IMG/VR virus record: IMGVR_UViG_3300020048_000032
Location: 19,147-83,146 of that record
Direction: 5' to 3' (one strand)
Length of the DNA: 64,000 nucleotides
Origin: a virus
Taxonomy: Duplodnaviria > Heunggongvirae > Uroviricota > Caudoviricetes
Shown: one piece after another, positions 45,367 through 55,580 of the stretch
Numbering within the stretch: position 1 is the stretch's first letter
How the letters are laid out: each line of letters starts with the position of its first letter
Notes under the pieces: generated by a model
The model's database searches: none
Told to the model about the DNA's origin: nothing
What the model saw: the letters and a program-made list of their open reading frames with translations, nothing else
Translations under genes and position numbers: made by a program

Positions 45367-45663
45367 TTATTTCTTTTTATTAAATGTTATTGTAGTATCT
45401 GTAGAGACGGTCGTTCCTGGTTTTAAAATCAAATTAGAAATATCACTTTCCATCTTACTGTCTTTTGTTTCTGGAACTGAATCAATAAAAACTTCTTTAG
45501 GAGTGTTTGATATCATTGCCTCACGGGTTTCAACCGTATGCCTATAACCACAGCCACTACAAATATATTCTTGAGAATGAATTGCAGGCAAGACAGTATA
45601 GACCATTGATTTACCAAGGGTCCAAGCTGTTCCGCCGCACTTAATACAAATTAGTTTTTCCAT
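45367..45663 (-). CDS. zinc-ribbon hypothetical protein
   Basis: CIKCGG...CSGCG. Confidence 0.45.
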   Translation of the reverse strand: MEKLICIKCGGTAWTLGKSMVYTVLPAIHSQEYICSGCGYRHTVETREAMISNTPKEVFIDSVPETKDSKMESDISNLILKPGTTVSTDTTITFNKKK

Positions 45664-46328
45664 TATTCTTCCTCCGGTATTTCTATGTCGATATAGTATT
45701 TTATTAATTTAACATTATCCTTAGAAAACATATTGATATAGGTTGTGTATACATCGTTAAATAAAATCTCTGCTGAGTTTAACTTTATAAAGTACTCTTC
45801 AAAACTAGAGAACTTCCCTAAAATACTTTCTGCATTAACTAACTGGTGGGGGTTTGAGGTGTATGGCGACACATGTATTATTGCAATACTCCATCCCTCA
45901 ACCAGCCTATGGTAGACGGAAAGCATTTCATCAATACTTACGTCTTCTGTTGCAACTAACTTACTATAAACTGCATCACTAAATATGGACTTGTCCAGAA
46001 TTAATCGAAGCTTGCGTGGTCTAAATGCCCTCCATATTTCTGGGAATAACTCCATAATTGGCAGGCGTAAAACATATCTGTTCTGTACACTAGTTATTCT
46101 TTCATATTCAATTAAGTCGTAGTCCGGACGATATACTAAAGTTCTCGGCATATCTAGCCCACGGCCCATTTGTATTAAATCTCTCTCGTATAAAACATTA
46201 TATAAATTTTTGATTAAATAGTTCTTTCCAACAAACTCAAAGCCTTCAATAATAATGATATCACTATTCTGTACAAGCTCTGCTAATGTTGCTATATTTG
46301 TTGTTTTACTATCATATATTTCTGGCAT
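45663..46328 (-). CDS. hypothetical protein (possible P-loop kinase-like)
   Basis: IIIIEGFEFVGKN is a weak P-loop; class-2 promoter upstream. Confidence 0.35.
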   Translation of the reverse strand: MPEIYDSKTTNIATLAELVQNSDIIIIEGFEFVGKNYLIKNLYNVLYERDLIQMGRGLDMPRTLVYRPDYDLIEYERITSVQNRYVLRLPIMELFPEIWRAFRPRKLRLILDKSIFSDAVYSKLVATEDVSIDEMLSVYHRLVEGWSIAIIHVSPYTSNPHQLVNAESILGKFSSFEEYFIKLNSAEILFNDVYTTYINMFSKDNVKLIKYYIDIEIPEEE

Positions 46329-46349
46329 ATTTCACCTCTGTTCCCATAC

Positions 46350-46381
46350 AAATAAATACTGTTTAAATAAGTTATAAGTTA
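46350..46381 (-). promoter_or_regulatory. promoter class 2 (TAACTT, 15 nt, AG, TATTTATTTG)
   Basis: Aligned copy. Confidence 0.5.
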
Positions 46382-49300
46382 GCTTATTACGATATTTACT
46401 TTACGTGTAACTTCTAATCTATGTGTACCTGTTAGGTAACTAATGTTCTTCTTAGGAGTAAACAAATCTTCCTTAGGAACGTATACTGGTTTAGGCTCTT
46501 CTTCGTCTACCCACTCCACGGATTTATAAACTTTCTTCCAGTTCTCGATGAGTAAATTAAAATCCTCTTCTGGGCCACTCAAAACCATACTGCCTACTGT
46601 ATTCGAACTGTGTGTAATTTCTGTAGCTTTCAATTCTTGCCCCATAGATATTCCAAGCACGATGTCAGCTGTTGCAGGCACTTGGTATTCTTGCATTGGA
46701 TACTCATTCATAGTCTTCGCAATGACCTCAATCATCTCAAACAGCTCTAATGGATGAATATCAAAGTATAATGCATCATGGACAAACGAGAATGCTTTAG
46801 ATAGGAAGTTATTTTCTTTTACGTACTCAATAATCTTGAATAGCACAACCCCCGCAATATCATTACTAAACCCTTGAATAGGGTAGTTCTGAGAACATCT
46901 AAATCCTTTAGCGCGTTTACCATTATATTTTTCATCGTGCTTATCAGGCTTAGGAATCATAATAAGGCGGTTGGACATTAATGTAACGTAACCTGTCATA
47001 TCCCAAAGCTTGTGCATTGTATCAATCCAAGTTTTTAATTTTGGATATCCTAAATAGTACTTATCAAATAGTTCTTGGGCACGCTGTACATCTCCACCCA
47101 TAATATCTTCCGCGACACTCTTAACGCTTGACCCATACAGGATAGCAAATGTAACCGCTTTAGAGAAACCACGTTCTGCTGATGTGATATCTTCTTTTCT
47201 CTTTTGGTATACCGCCATCGCAGTTTTCTTGTGGATATCCTCATTATTCATAAAGGCTTCCAGCATAGTTGTTTCTCTTGCAATAGCAGCTAACGCACGG
47301 ACTTCCATCTGAGAATAGTCTGGAGAACAAATTATCCCACCAGTATATCTTGAAGTATAAATGTTCTTAATTGTACTGCCCGCAGGTATGGTGTGAATTC
47401 CACTTCTCCAACGCCCAGTTTCAGCTGTACATATTCCGAAGTCAACTGATAGCAACATGTCCTCGGTCTCCGGGTTGAATGTTCCTACATCGTTATACTT
47501 ACGTATACGTTTTGGTAACAAATCACTTATAGCATTTTTATCTACAACAGTAACTGACTTTCTTCCTACTGACCCAATAATAGAGGAGGTAATCATCTTT
47601 ACTGATTTCTTATAGCTTCTAAAATTAACTAACCATGCATACTCTGGGGTCCATGTCGATTCATCTTCGATTTCTACTCCGAGGTATTTAAACTTTTGGT
47701 GCATCTTAATCATGATGTCATCGCGCATTGCTGTAATCTCTTTTGTCATTTCTGTATTATACAGCTCAGCAAAACGCAGGTCCTCGGATAAATCTATCTT
47801 ACTAACGTACTCTTTAAATGTTTTAAATACTTTTCTTGCTGGTAAGAACTTTGGTTCTGCTTTAACGGACTCCTCGCCATTATGTTTTTTAACCGCATCA
47901 ATAAAAGCAAACAGTTTAATAGTGGCTTGAGTTTTAGGTGTAATGAATACAGGGTTTTCCCAGTACCTATTTGAACCTGATTCTTTTACGCAAGCAACAT
48001 ACAGTTCTGCAAATCTTAAGTCCTCTGAATTAAGAACGGTATTTATTAATGCAAAGTGTTCCTTTGTTGATTTTGCTGGATTAAAGATTTTCTTTAAGTC
48101 AGAGTAAACAGTAATACTATCTCTGCTTACTAAACGGTTAAACATCTCTTCAAATTCTGGTTCAAACAAAGGTTCAAGTTCTTCTTTATACGTTTCATAT
48201 AGACGATTAAATCTAACAGATAAAGCCGTGCCTGTATCCCCATTATCTACAATAATATCAAGAAACTTAACCTGTACTTTTTGAAGATAATTTGTTCCCT
48301 TAGATGAAAAGAAATTATGTAGCTTTTCCGCCGCGCGAGATAGCGGTACGAACTTTACAACTTTCGTGTAATCCTCTTCCTCTGGTATGTTATTAAGTTC
48401 CTCTGCGGCATCAACAATAATTTTATTGTATAAATCCAATTTGTTCTTCTCTTTAATATATGAGGCAAACTTTTGATTATCAAAAAGGTTAAACCAAGAG
48501 TCTATTGCCTTGCGATTTAACCATACATATTCCTTTGAGGCTACGTCATCATCCCAATGTGCCCCAGACATTTCCAAATTAATGCCAGCATCAAACTGAG
48601 CTTTAACTCCTTCATACCCTTTTCTAAAATCAAAGTAGTCATATGAGTTATCTCCAGAAATGGAATGCAATACGTCTCTAATAGACTGAGAACGTTCATC
48701 AAATTTAGAATCGCAATAAGTATTTAATTCGTAAGTTGCTATAGCATCTAGCGCACCATACTTTGAAATAATCTTCATAGGAATCATACTATAAGGTATT
48801 ACATCGGTTTCAAGTCCACCTAATTCTACTATCTCATTAATACGGTCAATAAGAAGACCAAATAAAGGAGTTTCAATTAAATCATTTAAGGCAAGTACTT
48901 GCAAGACTGACATAAGACTAATTACAAATTCTGTCTCTCTATAGTTTCCCGCTGCTAAATTAGCGTAGATAGTTGCTGTGTCAGTAAGCGTCTTGTCTCT
49001 AAAAATTTGTTCATAAATAATATTATCGTCAAAGCGTTCAGCTTTTAGTTTCTTCGCTGCTTTTAAATAAAGTAGTGTATTGATAATATTCTTTACTGCC
49101 TTAGTATACATAGCAAGCTCCGAATCCCAATCCGCATATCCAAGTAAGCGGGCAGCGGCAGGTTTTAACCCAGCAGCTTCCCCTGTAAAAAGTATACGAC
49201 ACTTAATCATCGTGTCTTCAATTACGTCATTTTTTATTTCATAGCCCATACAATTAATCGTGTATGGGTTCTCATACTTTCTATTATGTACAATAATATG

Positions 49301-49774
49301 CTTACTCTTCTTCATTAATACTTTAAATACTCTGATAATTCTATCCCATTCAGAATCAGATAAGACAAAATCTAAGGACTCTCTTACTATGTATATTCCT
49401 GTGTTTTCTGAAAAAGAAACAGAAAAGCCAATGATTTTGGCATTGGCTGACTTTGGGTCTTCTGCATTAGTTTCAATATCGTACGCAATCTTACCTGTAT
49501 TTAAATAATTTTCATTGCTAGAAACATTAGTAAAAACATAATTCTCAAAGTCTTTACTTGTAAGCGCAATATACAGCTTCTTGTTATTAATTAATGTTTC
49601 TGGCTTTATTAACTTTGAAGTGTCAATAAAGGTAAAACGCTCTCTTGCAACTGTTTGTGTATCAAGGTCTTCGTCATCTTCGTCTTCCAAGTCTTCCTCG
49701 ATTTCAACATCTTCCAACAGAGGGTCGATATCATCTATTAGTTTTTCGTCTACTAAACTGTTTTTGATAGTCAT
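46379..49774 (-). CDS. polA: family A DNA polymerase (Pol I-like) with 3'-5' exonuclease domain
   Basis: Exo I YDIETNA; motif A DYSQMEVRALAA; motif B RGFSKAVTFAILYGSS; motif C FVHDALYFD. Confidence 0.9.
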   Translation of the reverse strand: MTIKNSLVDEKLIDDIDPLLEDVEIEEDLEDEDDEDLDTQTVARERFTFIDTSKLIKPETLINNKKLYIALTSKDFENYVFTNVSSNENYLNTGKIAYDIETNAEDPKSANAKIIGFSVSFSENTGIYIVRESLDFVLSDSEWDRIIRVFKVLMKKSKHIIVHNRKYENPYTINCMGYEIKNDVIEDTMIKCRILFTGEAAGLKPAAARLLGYADWDSELAMYTKAVKNIINTLLYLKAAKKLKAERFDDNIIYEQIFRDKTLTDTATIYANLAAGNYRETEFVISLMSVLQVLALNDLIETPLFGLLIDRINEIVELGGLETDVIPYSMIPMKIISKYGALDAIATYELNTYCDSKFDERSQSIRDVLHSISGDNSYDYFDFRKGYEGVKAQFDAGINLEMSGAHWDDDVASKEYVWLNRKAIDSWFNLFDNQKFASYIKEKNKLDLYNKIIVDAAEELNNIPEEEDYTKVVKFVPLSRAAEKLHNFFSSKGTNYLQKVQVKFLDIIVDNGDTGTALSVRFNRLYETYKEELEPLFEPEFEEMFNRLVSRDSITVYSDLKKIFNPAKSTKEHFALINTVLNSEDLRFAELYVACVKESGSNRYWENPVFITPKTQATIKLFAFIDAVKKHNGEESVKAEPKFLPARKVFKTFKEYVSKIDLSEDLRFAELYNTEMTKEITAMRDDIMIKMHQKFKYLGVEIEDESTWTPEYAWLVNFRSYKKSVKMITSSIIGSVGRKSVTVVDKNAISDLLPKRIRKYNDVGTFNPETEDMLLSVDFGICTAETGRWRSGIHTIPAGSTIKNIYTSRYTGGIICSPDYSQMEVRALAAIARETTMLEAFMNNEDIHKKTAMAVYQKRKEDITSAERGFSKAVTFAILYGSSVKSVAEDIMGGDVQRAQELFDKYYLGYPKLKTWIDTMHKLWDMTGYVTLMSNRLIMIPKPDKHDEKYNGKRAKGFRCSQNYPIQGFSNDIAGVVLFKIIEYVKENNFLSKAFSFVHDALYFDIHPLELFEMIEVIAKTMNEYPMQEYQVPATADIVLGISMGQELKATEITHSSNTVGSMVLSGPEEDFNLLIENWKKVYKSVEWVDEEEPKPVYVPKEDLFTPKKNISYLTGTHRLEVTRKVNIVIS

Positions 49775-49790
49775 TGTTTTACCCTTCCTT

Positions 49791-49825
49791 CATAGATAAA
49801 TACTCTAATTAATACTTACGAGTTA
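49791..49825 (-). promoter_or_regulatory. promoter class 2 upstream of the DNA polymerase (TAACTC, 15 nt, AG, TATTTATCTA)
   Basis: Aligned copy. Confidence 0.5.
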
Positions 49826-50082
49826 AAAGCTTTCTTCATCATCTGAATTACTTTGTCTCTTGTCGTGTACCCCATAATTCTTCCAGCCTCTTGGTTATCT
49901 TTCAGAAATACCAAGGCAGGCACAGACATGATGTTATATTCCGCAACTTTAAACAGGTCTTCTTCTGCATTAATCTTTATCAACTCAATGTTATGCTCTT
50001 TAGACAACTGCTCTACAATTGGGTATAGAATCTTACAAGGCGCACACCAACCTGTAGAGAAATATAAAATTTTAGCTCCCAT
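49816..50082 (-). CDS. trx: thioredoxin
   Basis: WCAPCK active site; 88 aa. Confidence 0.85.
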   Translation of the reverse strand: MGAKILYFSTGWCAPCKILYPIVEQLSKEHNIELIKINAEEDLFKVAEYNIMSVPALVFLKDNQEAGRIMGYTTRDKVIQMMKKAFNS

Positions 50083-50333
50083 TATAGTGTTTCCAATTTC
50101 TTGAGTAACTCTTCTTTTTCTTCTAGAAGAAGTCTTTTAAGCTCCTCTTTAATATAACTGTTTAACTTATCGTCATTAATATAAATATCGAGTGATGTAA
50201 ACCTTCCTCTAATTGAAAATCTTTCCTTTTGAAATTTAAATGATAATGTATCTTTTAACCCATTTAACTCATCATCAATTCGTTTTAGCCTGTCGCAGGT
50301 GTAGTTAGCAATATTAATGTTTTCTTTCTTCAT
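50082..50333 (-). CDS. hypothetical protein
   Basis: ORF track. Confidence 0.45.
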   Translation of the reverse strand: MKKENINIANYTCDRLKRIDDELNGLKDTLSFKFQKERFSIRGRFTSLDIYINDDKLNSYIKEELKRLLLEEKEELLKKLETL

Positions 50334-50481
50334 TTAGCTCCTTTTCTATTAAATACGCGGTGTATAATATCCATCACGGTAGCATACGCTAAAGTGCCTA
50401 TAATCATTATAACACAAATAAACATAATTGTAAATGTAATTACATCATTTGCAGTAAAAACTATATGGAACATGTTCCTCC

Positions 50482-50964
50482 TTAGAACGTATTTGAGCGC
50501 TTGGCTTCAAACACTTTGCTCTTACTTCTTAAAATCAATACTTCAGATTTCAAATAATTAATAACTTGCTCTAAACGATTTATCTTATTCTTCATATTTA
50601 GCAGCTTGTTACTATCTTTTGACATTGCTTCTGCTTCTACCGCAGCCTGATTCGGTCTACCTGCTCTTGTGAGTGATGCAAAGATAGGGTCGTATTGTGA
50701 CCTAAATTCCAAAGTTAGTTGCTCATAGCTTCTAAGCAAACTATAAATCAAATAATTAAACTCTGACTCTAACATAGTCAATGTTTCCATTGCGTCCATG
50801 ACTGCCGCATAATTATTTACCGTTTGTGTTTTAGCAAATACTATCCCGTCTAAAATAATCTTTTTCTCATAATCTGATAAGACTACTCCAGCCGTGGCTT
50901 TAATCTCAGAGTCTATTGTTTCTACCATACTATTAATACGATTATCTACAATTTCATTTGGCAT
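50482..50964 (-). CDS. hypothetical protein
   Basis: ORF track. Confidence 0.5.
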   Translation of the reverse strand: MPNEIVDNRINSMVETIDSEIKATAGVVLSDYEKKIILDGIVFAKTQTVNNYAAVMDAMETLTMLESEFNYLIYSLLRSYEQLTLEFRSQYDPIFASLTRAGRPNQAAVEAEAMSKDSNKLLNMKNKINRLEQVINYLKSEVLILRSKSKVFEAKRSNTF

Positions 50965-51979
50965 AGGTGTTTATATTTCCTGCTTCCTTTCTTGTACGTG
51001 ATACGTGACTAATCATTTTAGTATAATCGAAAGAATTTATCCCTTCACAACTGAGTGCCTTTACTACATCAATTAACATCGGAGTTTGACATGCCTTAAT
51101 AAGTTCACCGATTAATTCTGACATAACTATCGGGTCCATATCAATTAAGGACAAATCTATTAGCTGTTTATTAATCAGATACTGTTCGTGATTATCTATA
51201 AACTTTTTAAAATAAGGTTCTTTCATCTCTGACATAATAGGGAGGTATGCTTCTGGATTTTCATGGGCAGAGATAATATAGTCTGTCAATACTTCCGCAC
51301 GTTTGTCTCCTAGACCATGTGCAACCTTCGGGATATTATCCGATGGGTCACCGACGATTGCCTTGTGAACTACGTAGCTTCTTGCATCATTGAATACAGG
51401 GTGCTTTGCTTTCTCAAAAGTAACCACTTCACCCCGATTTCCATCTTCATCCAATCTGATAGGTCTAAAGATTTGCGTTGTTGGTGAGAGTAATTGATAA
51501 AGGTCTTTATCATCTGTTACAATAACTCCGTTGTCCGCAATTCTAGAAAGGATAGCCATAAGGTCATCACCTTCCCAACCACGAATAGATACTACAGGTA
51601 CTCTCATAACACTTAGTAAATACTTTATTACGTCTCCCTGTCTATACAATTCATCTAAATACTCATTTGCCGCTGCATCTTTTGTTATTAGCCCTGATGA
51701 GATATCATTTTGTTTTTTATCATTCTCAAGTTTAACATCTTCAGTATGCTTATAATTAGGATAAAGGGCTAAACGTCTAGCGCTTCGCCCCTTATCAAAT
51801 ACAATAATCGGATAATGAGTAGGGTATTTATTTAATGCAACTAGTAACGACCGGAAGAATCCAAACACAGCACCTGTTCTTTTGCCTTGGTATTTTAAGT
51901 CCCAAAGCTCTTGTTGACTTAGCTGTCTGTGTAATAAATTCGACCCATCTATTATTAATATTTTCCCTAACAAATTCAT
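50954..51979 (-). CDS. 5'-3' exonuclease / flap endonuclease (T4 RNase H-like, Pol I 5'-nuclease family)
   Basis: KILIIDGSNLLHR N-terminal motif; acidic metal-binding clusters. Confidence 0.75.
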   Translation of the reverse strand: MNLLGKILIIDGSNLLHRQLSQQELWDLKYQGKRTGAVFGFFRSLLVALNKYPTHYPIIVFDKGRSARRLALYPNYKHTEDVKLENDKKQNDISSGLITKDAAANEYLDELYRQGDVIKYLLSVMRVPVVSIRGWEGDDLMAILSRIADNGVIVTDDKDLYQLLSPTTQIFRPIRLDEDGNRGEVVTFEKAKHPVFNDARSYVVHKAIVGDPSDNIPKVAHGLGDKRAEVLTDYIISAHENPEAYLPIMSEMKEPYFKKFIDNHEQYLINKQLIDLSLIDMDPIVMSELIGELIKACQTPMLIDVVKALSCEGINSFDYTKMISHVSRTRKEAGNINTYAK

Positions 51980-51981
51980 GC

Positions 51982-52473
51982 TTACCAGCCCTTCGTCATT
52001 CCTTCTGTAAGTACAGAGATTCTTTCAGTCAATGCTTTATAGTAAGATTCCATTACTGTTTTTTGTAATGAATATTTGTCTCCTACTATATCCATAAATA
52101 CTAACCTCATAACTAAATAGAATACTTCGTTAGTACGCATGATTTCAATCCAATCATCAAATCGTTTATTACCTGCAAACTTATTAAGGAATTCAAAATA
52201 GAACTTTCCAGTTAAATCTAGTTCCTTGGAAGCGGTAAGTAATGGATTAATATGCCACCACCCGCCGTTAGAGGTTAAGTAATCTCGTTCTTGAAAATAC
52301 TTTAGAAAGGAATAAGCTTCATCTAAACGTCCACCTAGTTTGTTATCAAACACAATTGGGATATTATTAATCTTAGGACTAAGCTTTGTCTTATCTAAAC
52401 TTACAGCGGAGAAATCTCTTACTGCCATACCCGTATTCTCATCATATTCTGTTTTCTTCTTGTCGATATACAA
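51982..52473 (-). CDS. hypothetical protein
   Basis: ORF track. Confidence 0.5.
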   Translation of the reverse strand: MYIDKKKTEYDENTGMAVRDFSAVSLDKTKLSPKINNIPIVFDNKLGGRLDEAYSFLKYFQERDYLTSNGGWWHINPLLTASKELDLTGKFYFEFLNKFAGNKRFDDWIEIMRTNEVFYLVMRLVFMDIVGDKYSLQKTVMESYYKALTERISVLTEGMTKGW

Positions 52474-52802
52474 ACGTAAATGCTCATCGTGTTTTACCTT
52501 TGTTCTTATCCTTAGGCTCTTTATCCTAAGCTCTAGGGCTCTTACCCATTTTCATCGATATGTTAATTCATATCTAGTGTAGACTATATCATCACTCTAT
52601 TGAGTGTCAGTATTTCGTGGACCTTACGGTCTAGTCGTTGAACCTTTATCTGGTCTAGATAATTGGTTGCACTTGGTTGCCCAATCTTAAGCGATTTCAC
52701 TATACCAACTCCGTTACTAGTTGCCATTAATATATTCCTATATTAACTTAGTTGCTTAAGCTCTAAGGGTCGTTCCTGCAATTAAACTGATTTTACTTGG
52801 AC
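52474..52802. repeat. intergenic region with several short direct repeats (iteron-like); candidate origin or regulatory region
   Basis: CCTTAGGCTCTT / CCTAAGCTCTAGGGCTCTT / CTTAAGCTCTAAGGG; GGTTGCacttGGTTGC; GGTCTAG twice. Confidence 0.35.
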
Positions 52803-53648
52803 CTATTTTACTATACTACAATTTAATGACTTCGTACTAATTATTACCGGAATTTCTACAAATCGTCTAACCCAGCAAAACTTCAAACTATTTTTCGCGC
52901 AATATTCTAAGGCGCCCTCGACTTTGTCTGGAAATTCAGCTGCAGATTCTTTGTACTTTACCTCTATAAGATACTGCTGACCTTCTAATGTGCACTCTAT
53001 GTCTGGGACATATGTATGCTCTACCCCATTAATATAATAAGGTACTCGGCGGTGTTCTTGTATAATATCAGTTGCACCTATTTGCTCGAGAGCAAGGATT
53101 AACTCATGTTCGCCTTGTGACCTACAGTAGTAGTTTTTGTATCGTACAGGTTTGCCAAATATACTTTTTTTATAACTATTTAGCATTTTTGAAGAAGCCT
53201 TAGGGTCTTTCCATAACTTACGGAATAACTCCGACTTCTTTTTAATAATCTCTGGATTTTTATTTAGTTTATTCTGGGTAGCTCTTGCAGCATCTGACCG
53301 CCTCTTTCTATATTCAGGATTTTCCCACATTTTGATATTATTCTTAGCAGTTCGCTCTGACATTTTTGTCTTAGCGCTAGGCTTTGCTAACCCTTGTTTT
53401 ACTTTTTCAATATGTGTGATACTTTTATTCATTTCCTGAGTGGTCTGTCGGGCTTTTTCCGATTTATTTCTTGCAGTCATTGTTTTTGATGCATGCTGTA
53501 TCATTATATCGGAAATAACTTGAGCTTCCGGATAGTCTTTTCTATATTCTTTTGTAGTAAGCTTATGCGCACTCTTTAAGTGATAAACTATATTTCCTGA
53601 TTGGTAATCGCAAATTAAACATTTTGGCATGTTAATTCCTCCTACCAT
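52803..53648 (-). CDS. zinc-finger plus PD-(D/E)XK nuclease-fold protein
   Basis: CLICDY...HLKSAH at N-terminus; VPDIECTLEGQQYLIEVKYK near C-terminus. Confidence 0.45.
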   Translation of the reverse strand: MVGGINMPKCLICDYQSGNIVYHLKSAHKLTTKEYRKDYPEAQVISDIMIQHASKTMTARNKSEKARQTTQEMNKSITHIEKVKQGLAKPSAKTKMSERTAKNNIKMWENPEYRKRRSDAARATQNKLNKNPEIIKKKSELFRKLWKDPKASSKMLNSYKKSIFGKPVRYKNYYCRSQGEHELILALEQIGATDIIQEHRRVPYYINGVEHTYVPDIECTLEGQQYLIEVKYKESAAEFPDKVEGALEYCAKNSLKFCWVRRFVEIPVIISTKSLNCSIVK

Positions 53649-53674
53649 ATAAGCGATACAGTTTGTCAGTTACG

Positions 53675-54358
53675 TTACGCTTTTAATCCAACGCCACCAC
53701 CAGCACCAACAATTAAGTTTCCATAAGAGTCGGAACTGAGTATAACTTGGTTTAGAAGAATCAATATAATATCAATCTTTTCTAACCATGGATTCAAGTC
53801 GTTCATTCTTGACTTAATAACACGGGCGCGATTTCTAGCATCCATACGTGATGCTGTTTCTTCTTCTTCACCCTTACCTTTAGTAATCGTATCCCATACT
53901 ACAAACAATGGAATGCGTTTACCAGAAGCTGATTCTTTTTTACTTGTCATATCAACAAGCTTAAGCAGCGTATCGAACCCAGAATCAATCGAGTTGGACT
54001 TTACACGAATTACTCGGTGTGAATCTAACCCAAGATATTCCAAGCGACTGGGGTCAGCAGATGACTCCTGGTCGAGTATTATTACTATACCATCTGGTTC
54101 CTGATTAAGAAACTCTGCAGCAGACTCATATGCTTCGGTGGATTTACCACCAGAAGGTGGACCAAACGACCCTGTAATCGAGCCATATGGTCTGCCACCT
54201 CCGAGTAAGCAATTTAATACTTCTATTCTACTACGTACTTTTCCTCGAGTATTTAAAATATGATTATCGGATAGAATTGATACTCCATCCAATCCTTTTA
54301 TAAACGACTCAAGGTCTAGAGACGCATCTACTTCTACAACTTTTTCTTTTTTAGCCAT
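53675..54358 (-). CDS. RecA-superfamily recombination ATPase (Sak4/UvsX-core-like)
   Basis: Walker A GPPSGGKST; Walker B IVIILDQES; 227 aa. Confidence 0.6.
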   Translation of the reverse strand: MAKKEKVVEVDASLDLESFIKGLDGVSILSDNHILNTRGKVRSRIEVLNCLLGGGRPYGSITGSFGPPSGGKSTEAYESAAEFLNQEPDGIVIILDQESSADPSRLEYLGLDSHRVIRVKSNSIDSGFDTLLKLVDMTSKKESASGKRIPLFVVWDTITKGKGEEEETASRMDARNRARVIKSRMNDLNPWLEKIDIILILLNQVILSSDSYGNLIVGAGGGVGLKA

Positions 54359-54365
54359 GAGCCTC

Positions 54366-55550
54366 CTAGAATGATGGTTTTACTTTATAGGGACAGAATT
54401 TTTCAGCTAAACAGTCATCACAAGATTTTTTCTTTGGGTCATAATGAGTATCACAATCTACATTGATAAAATCTTTAATTCCACCTAAATCAAAGGTAGG
54501 GGTAACAGGTGCTACAGTAGGCTGAGCTACTTGACTAGGGTACCCAGTAGTAGGCATTGGCACATTCGTAGTTGGGATAGGCGCAGCAACGACTGCAGGC
54601 TGCATGGCTGGATTGAACACAGGCAATGGGTCACTAGCAATTGGAGCGATGTGCATAGCAGGCTGAGCAACTGATTGTACAAATTGCTGAGGTGCAGGCT
54701 GTGCTTGAACTACTCCAGGCGCCATCATCTGAGGCGCAGCTTGTTGAACAATACTTGCTCCAAGGGGTTGTGCTTGATTTGTCATCTGATTCATAGTAGG
54801 CGTAGAAATATTAGTAGGCTGAGGGCGTAAGCTATTCATAACTTGAGTAGCTGCATTACGAAGTTTTGTATAATCTTCTTCAGTAATTCCACCAAAGAAT
54901 GCTACGCTTTCCAACGAAGGCAAGCTCGCAAGAAACAATTCCATGTTTGGTGCATCATAACCTGAATTAAACTTATTAAATGGGTCTAGCATTACAATAA
55001 CTTGTTTACCTTGTGCATCACGAGCAATTGTTACAATTGTACCAATTGGGTCTGCAATAAGTTTTGAATAGTTTTCAAAACCAACATTCAATAAGGATTC
55101 ACTAATACTCGTATGCAATGAAGTAGGTCCAAGAACTAAAATAGTTTCCCCAACTGCTGGGCATGGAAATTCTTCTGTCCAGTCATAGCCGCTGGAACTA
55201 ATATATTGAGCAAACATAATTGCTCTGCCTTTAGCGGATTCTTGTGCTTTAACCTTAGTCAAATTAAACTTTGATTGCAATGCATCACAAAGTTCACATG
55301 TAGGGTTGTTTTTGTTATTGCGTCCGCAAGATACTTTAGACCCGTCGGACAGTTCGTGAATGGTGTATGGGAACGAAACTGCGTCGTTCTTGACATTATA
55401 CAAAATTCGCACGTTTAACTTTGCAGTGTTATTCGGTCTTACGAATACTGCGCGGTAGGGGTACTTGCGGCCTGACCCCTGTGATTTTGACGCATTTGCC
55501 TGCGTCGTTTGAAACTTAGATTCTAGGTTTTTAAAATTGATTTGTGTCAT
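54366..55550 (-). CDS. putative ssDNA-binding protein (gp32-like zinc subdomain) with long Gln/Pro/Ala-rich linker
   Basis: CGRNNKNNPTCELCD; low-complexity QAQPLGASIVQQAAPQMMAPGVVQAQPAPQQ; position between recombinase and primase. Confidence 0.35.
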   Translation of the reverse strand: MTQINFKNLESKFQTTQANASKSQGSGRKYPYRAVFVRPNNTAKLNVRILYNVKNDAVSFPYTIHELSDGSKVSCGRNNKNNPTCELCDALQSKFNLTKVKAQESAKGRAIMFAQYISSSGYDWTEEFPCPAVGETILVLGPTSLHTSISESLLNVGFENYSKLIADPIGTIVTIARDAQGKQVIVMLDPFNKFNSGYDAPNMELFLASLPSLESVAFFGGITEEDYTKLRNAATQVMNSLRPQPTNISTPTMNQMTNQAQPLGASIVQQAAPQMMAPGVVQAQPAPQQFVQSVAQPAMHIAPIASDPLPVFNPAMQPAVVAAPIPTTNVPMPTTGYPSQVAQPTVAPVTPTFDLGGIKDFINVDCDTHYDPKKKSCDDCLAEKFCPYKVKPSF

Positions 55551-55580
55551 GTTTCCTCCTATGACTTTGCGTTGTATTAC

